Assembly: GCF_018977255.1 (NCBI RefSeq)
Contig: NW_024705026.1
Span: forward strand, 1 to 64,000
DNA from: Callorhinchus milii
Taxonomy: Eukaryota
Length of the DNA: 64,000 nt
Direction of reading: 5' to 3'
Shown here: piece after piece, positions 62,405 through 64,000 of the stretch
Layout of the letters: every line of letters begins with the position of its first letter
Numbering within the stretch: the first letter of the stretch is position 1
The notes under the pieces: generated by a model
What the model was told of the DNA's origin: nothing
The model's database searches: none
Seen by the model: the letters and a program-made list of their open reading frames with translations, nothing else
Position numbers and translations under genes: made by a program

Positions 62405-64000
62405 GTTGAATCATAGGATCACAGCATAAAACATAAGAGAAGGAGACCATTCAGACCACACTGTCTTTGCCGGCTTTCTGAAAGCGGCTATCCAAACCAA
62501 CTCTACTCACCTGCACTCTCCCAACAGTCCAGGAAATTTTCCCCCACCGCAATCCCCACCCCACTAGCCCCACCCTCACCCCCACATTACTAGTTTTGAT
62601 TAAATCGGCTTCCAACACCCTTTCATGCAATGGATTCCAGATCGAAACAACTTGCTGCTCGAAAAAAAAACATCATCTCCCATCTGTTTCTTTCAGTAAC
62701 TATTTTAAATTGTGCTCTTGCGTTGCCAACCGACAACCCAGTGAAAATATTTTCTCCTTGTTTACTATGTCTAACCCACTCAAAATTGGGAATACTTGTA
62801 TTAACTCTACTCTTAAACTTCTTTGCTCCAGGGAGATTAATGCTTCCATAGCCTATCCTAATAACTGACGTTGGTATTTCCTGGTACCATTCTGGTCAAT
62901 CTCATTTGCAACCTGTGCAAAGCTTTGACATCCTTCCTGACCTTTGGTGCCGGGAACCGAAAACAGCACAATAGCTGAGGGTTAACCAATGATTTATATT
63001 AATACGTCATATATACCTGACGTTTGTATAATATGTCCCTGTTGATCAAGCTTGGAATCCAGGACGGTTATTTGAAACAGTATTCTACCTGTCCTACCAC
63101 CTTCAAACATGTGTTTATATGAATCCTCAGGCTTCCCTGTTCCTTCTCTCACTTTCAGATTGTACCATCAGGTGATCAAGCCTCCCCTCAGCATTCTACC
63201 TCTGAAAATGCATCACTTCGCATTTTTCTCAGTTAAACTTCATCTTCTATCTCTCTGTCCGTTTTACCAATCTGACTATATCCATCTGCAGTCTGCCAAT
63301 TTCCAACTTACAGTTACCTACTTTTCTTAGCTAAGTATGATCTGCAATCTTGGAAAATTTAGAGCCTTTGAACAAGTCCAGGTTATTTTAGTAGATTAGA
63401 AAGAGCAGTGATCCCAATACTTACCCCTGTGGGAAACTATTGCACTTTTCGCTCCGGTCAGAAAAACAAGCGTCCACCAGTATTCTCTGCTTTCCTTCTG
63501 CCAGACCGGTCTGTATCCATGTCTAAAATCCATATGAGCTTCGTAAACTGCACTACGTTCATGCACCAAAACTCTCCAGCATCTCTGTGAGACACGAGTT
63601 GCCTTCAACAATTAGGTGTTGGCATCTCTTACATTGAACCATATTATTCTTAGTGATAATATGAATTGACCTGGATAACATTCCCTAGATTTTTTCGTGC
63701 TGCTGAATTTGGGCTGAATGGTCTGTTGTTCCCGGGATTATCTATCGGAATCTTTTTGTGCAGTAGAGTACCATTTGCGAAACACCAGTCCACGGGCAGA
63801 TAACCATTATCCAATGAGGTTTGAAAGATTGTCGCTGGATGAAACAACACTTAATTTTCCAAGTCAAAATTTACTTTTCCATGGATTATTGCAACCCTCC
63901 AACCCTATTGAATCCCCTGTTGTCCAAGGAGGATTGAAAGATTGTGGCCAGAAATTAGTTGCAGTTATTTCAACACTTACTTCCCTCAGTAATCCAGGAT
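62405..64000 (-). mobile_element. CR1-type LINE 3' portion, degenerate
   Basis: IFQTSLDNGYLPVDWCFANGTLLHKK...NPGNNRPFS; VSHRGKYWDHCSF is a shifted form of the GVPQGSVLGP region. Confidence 0.82.

Overview
Vertebrate (not prokaryotic) genomic DNA, most likely a cartilaginous fish. This is inferred from the GPR139-like GPCRs, the RFP/A33-type TRIM, dense CR1/L2 LINE debris and an ATT-tailed tRNA-derived SINE. The ORF track misses most real genes because they are spliced, so I reconstructed exons by eye. (1) A + strand receptor gene at ~9.4-22.0 kb reads leader, SRCR, two LILR/IGSF1-type Ig domains, transmembrane helix, then a cytoplasmic ITIM (VTYATV, formed across a splice junction); Ig exon 1 carries one in-frame TAG. 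(2) Three copies of a two-exon GPR139-like GPCR lie on the - strand: one intact (56939-59261, 332 aa), one frameshifted by a 38-bp deletion, and one truncated at an apparent ~14.7-kb deletion junction. (3) A six-exon RING/B-box/coiled-coil/PRY-SPRY TRIM pseudogene has a textbook ISRE just before its ATG. (4) There are two degenerate tRNA genes: an intron-containing tRNA-Pro(CGG) and a tRNA-Glu body with a TTG anticodon. The rest is segmental duplication, SINEs, LINE fragments, minisatellites and a 189-N gap. The best candidates for new biology are the hybrid SRCR-Ig-ITIM receptor and the rapidly diversifying GPCR family, in a neighbourhood resembling extended-MHC/LRC immune clusters. All alignments were made by eye, and repeat boundaries are approximate.
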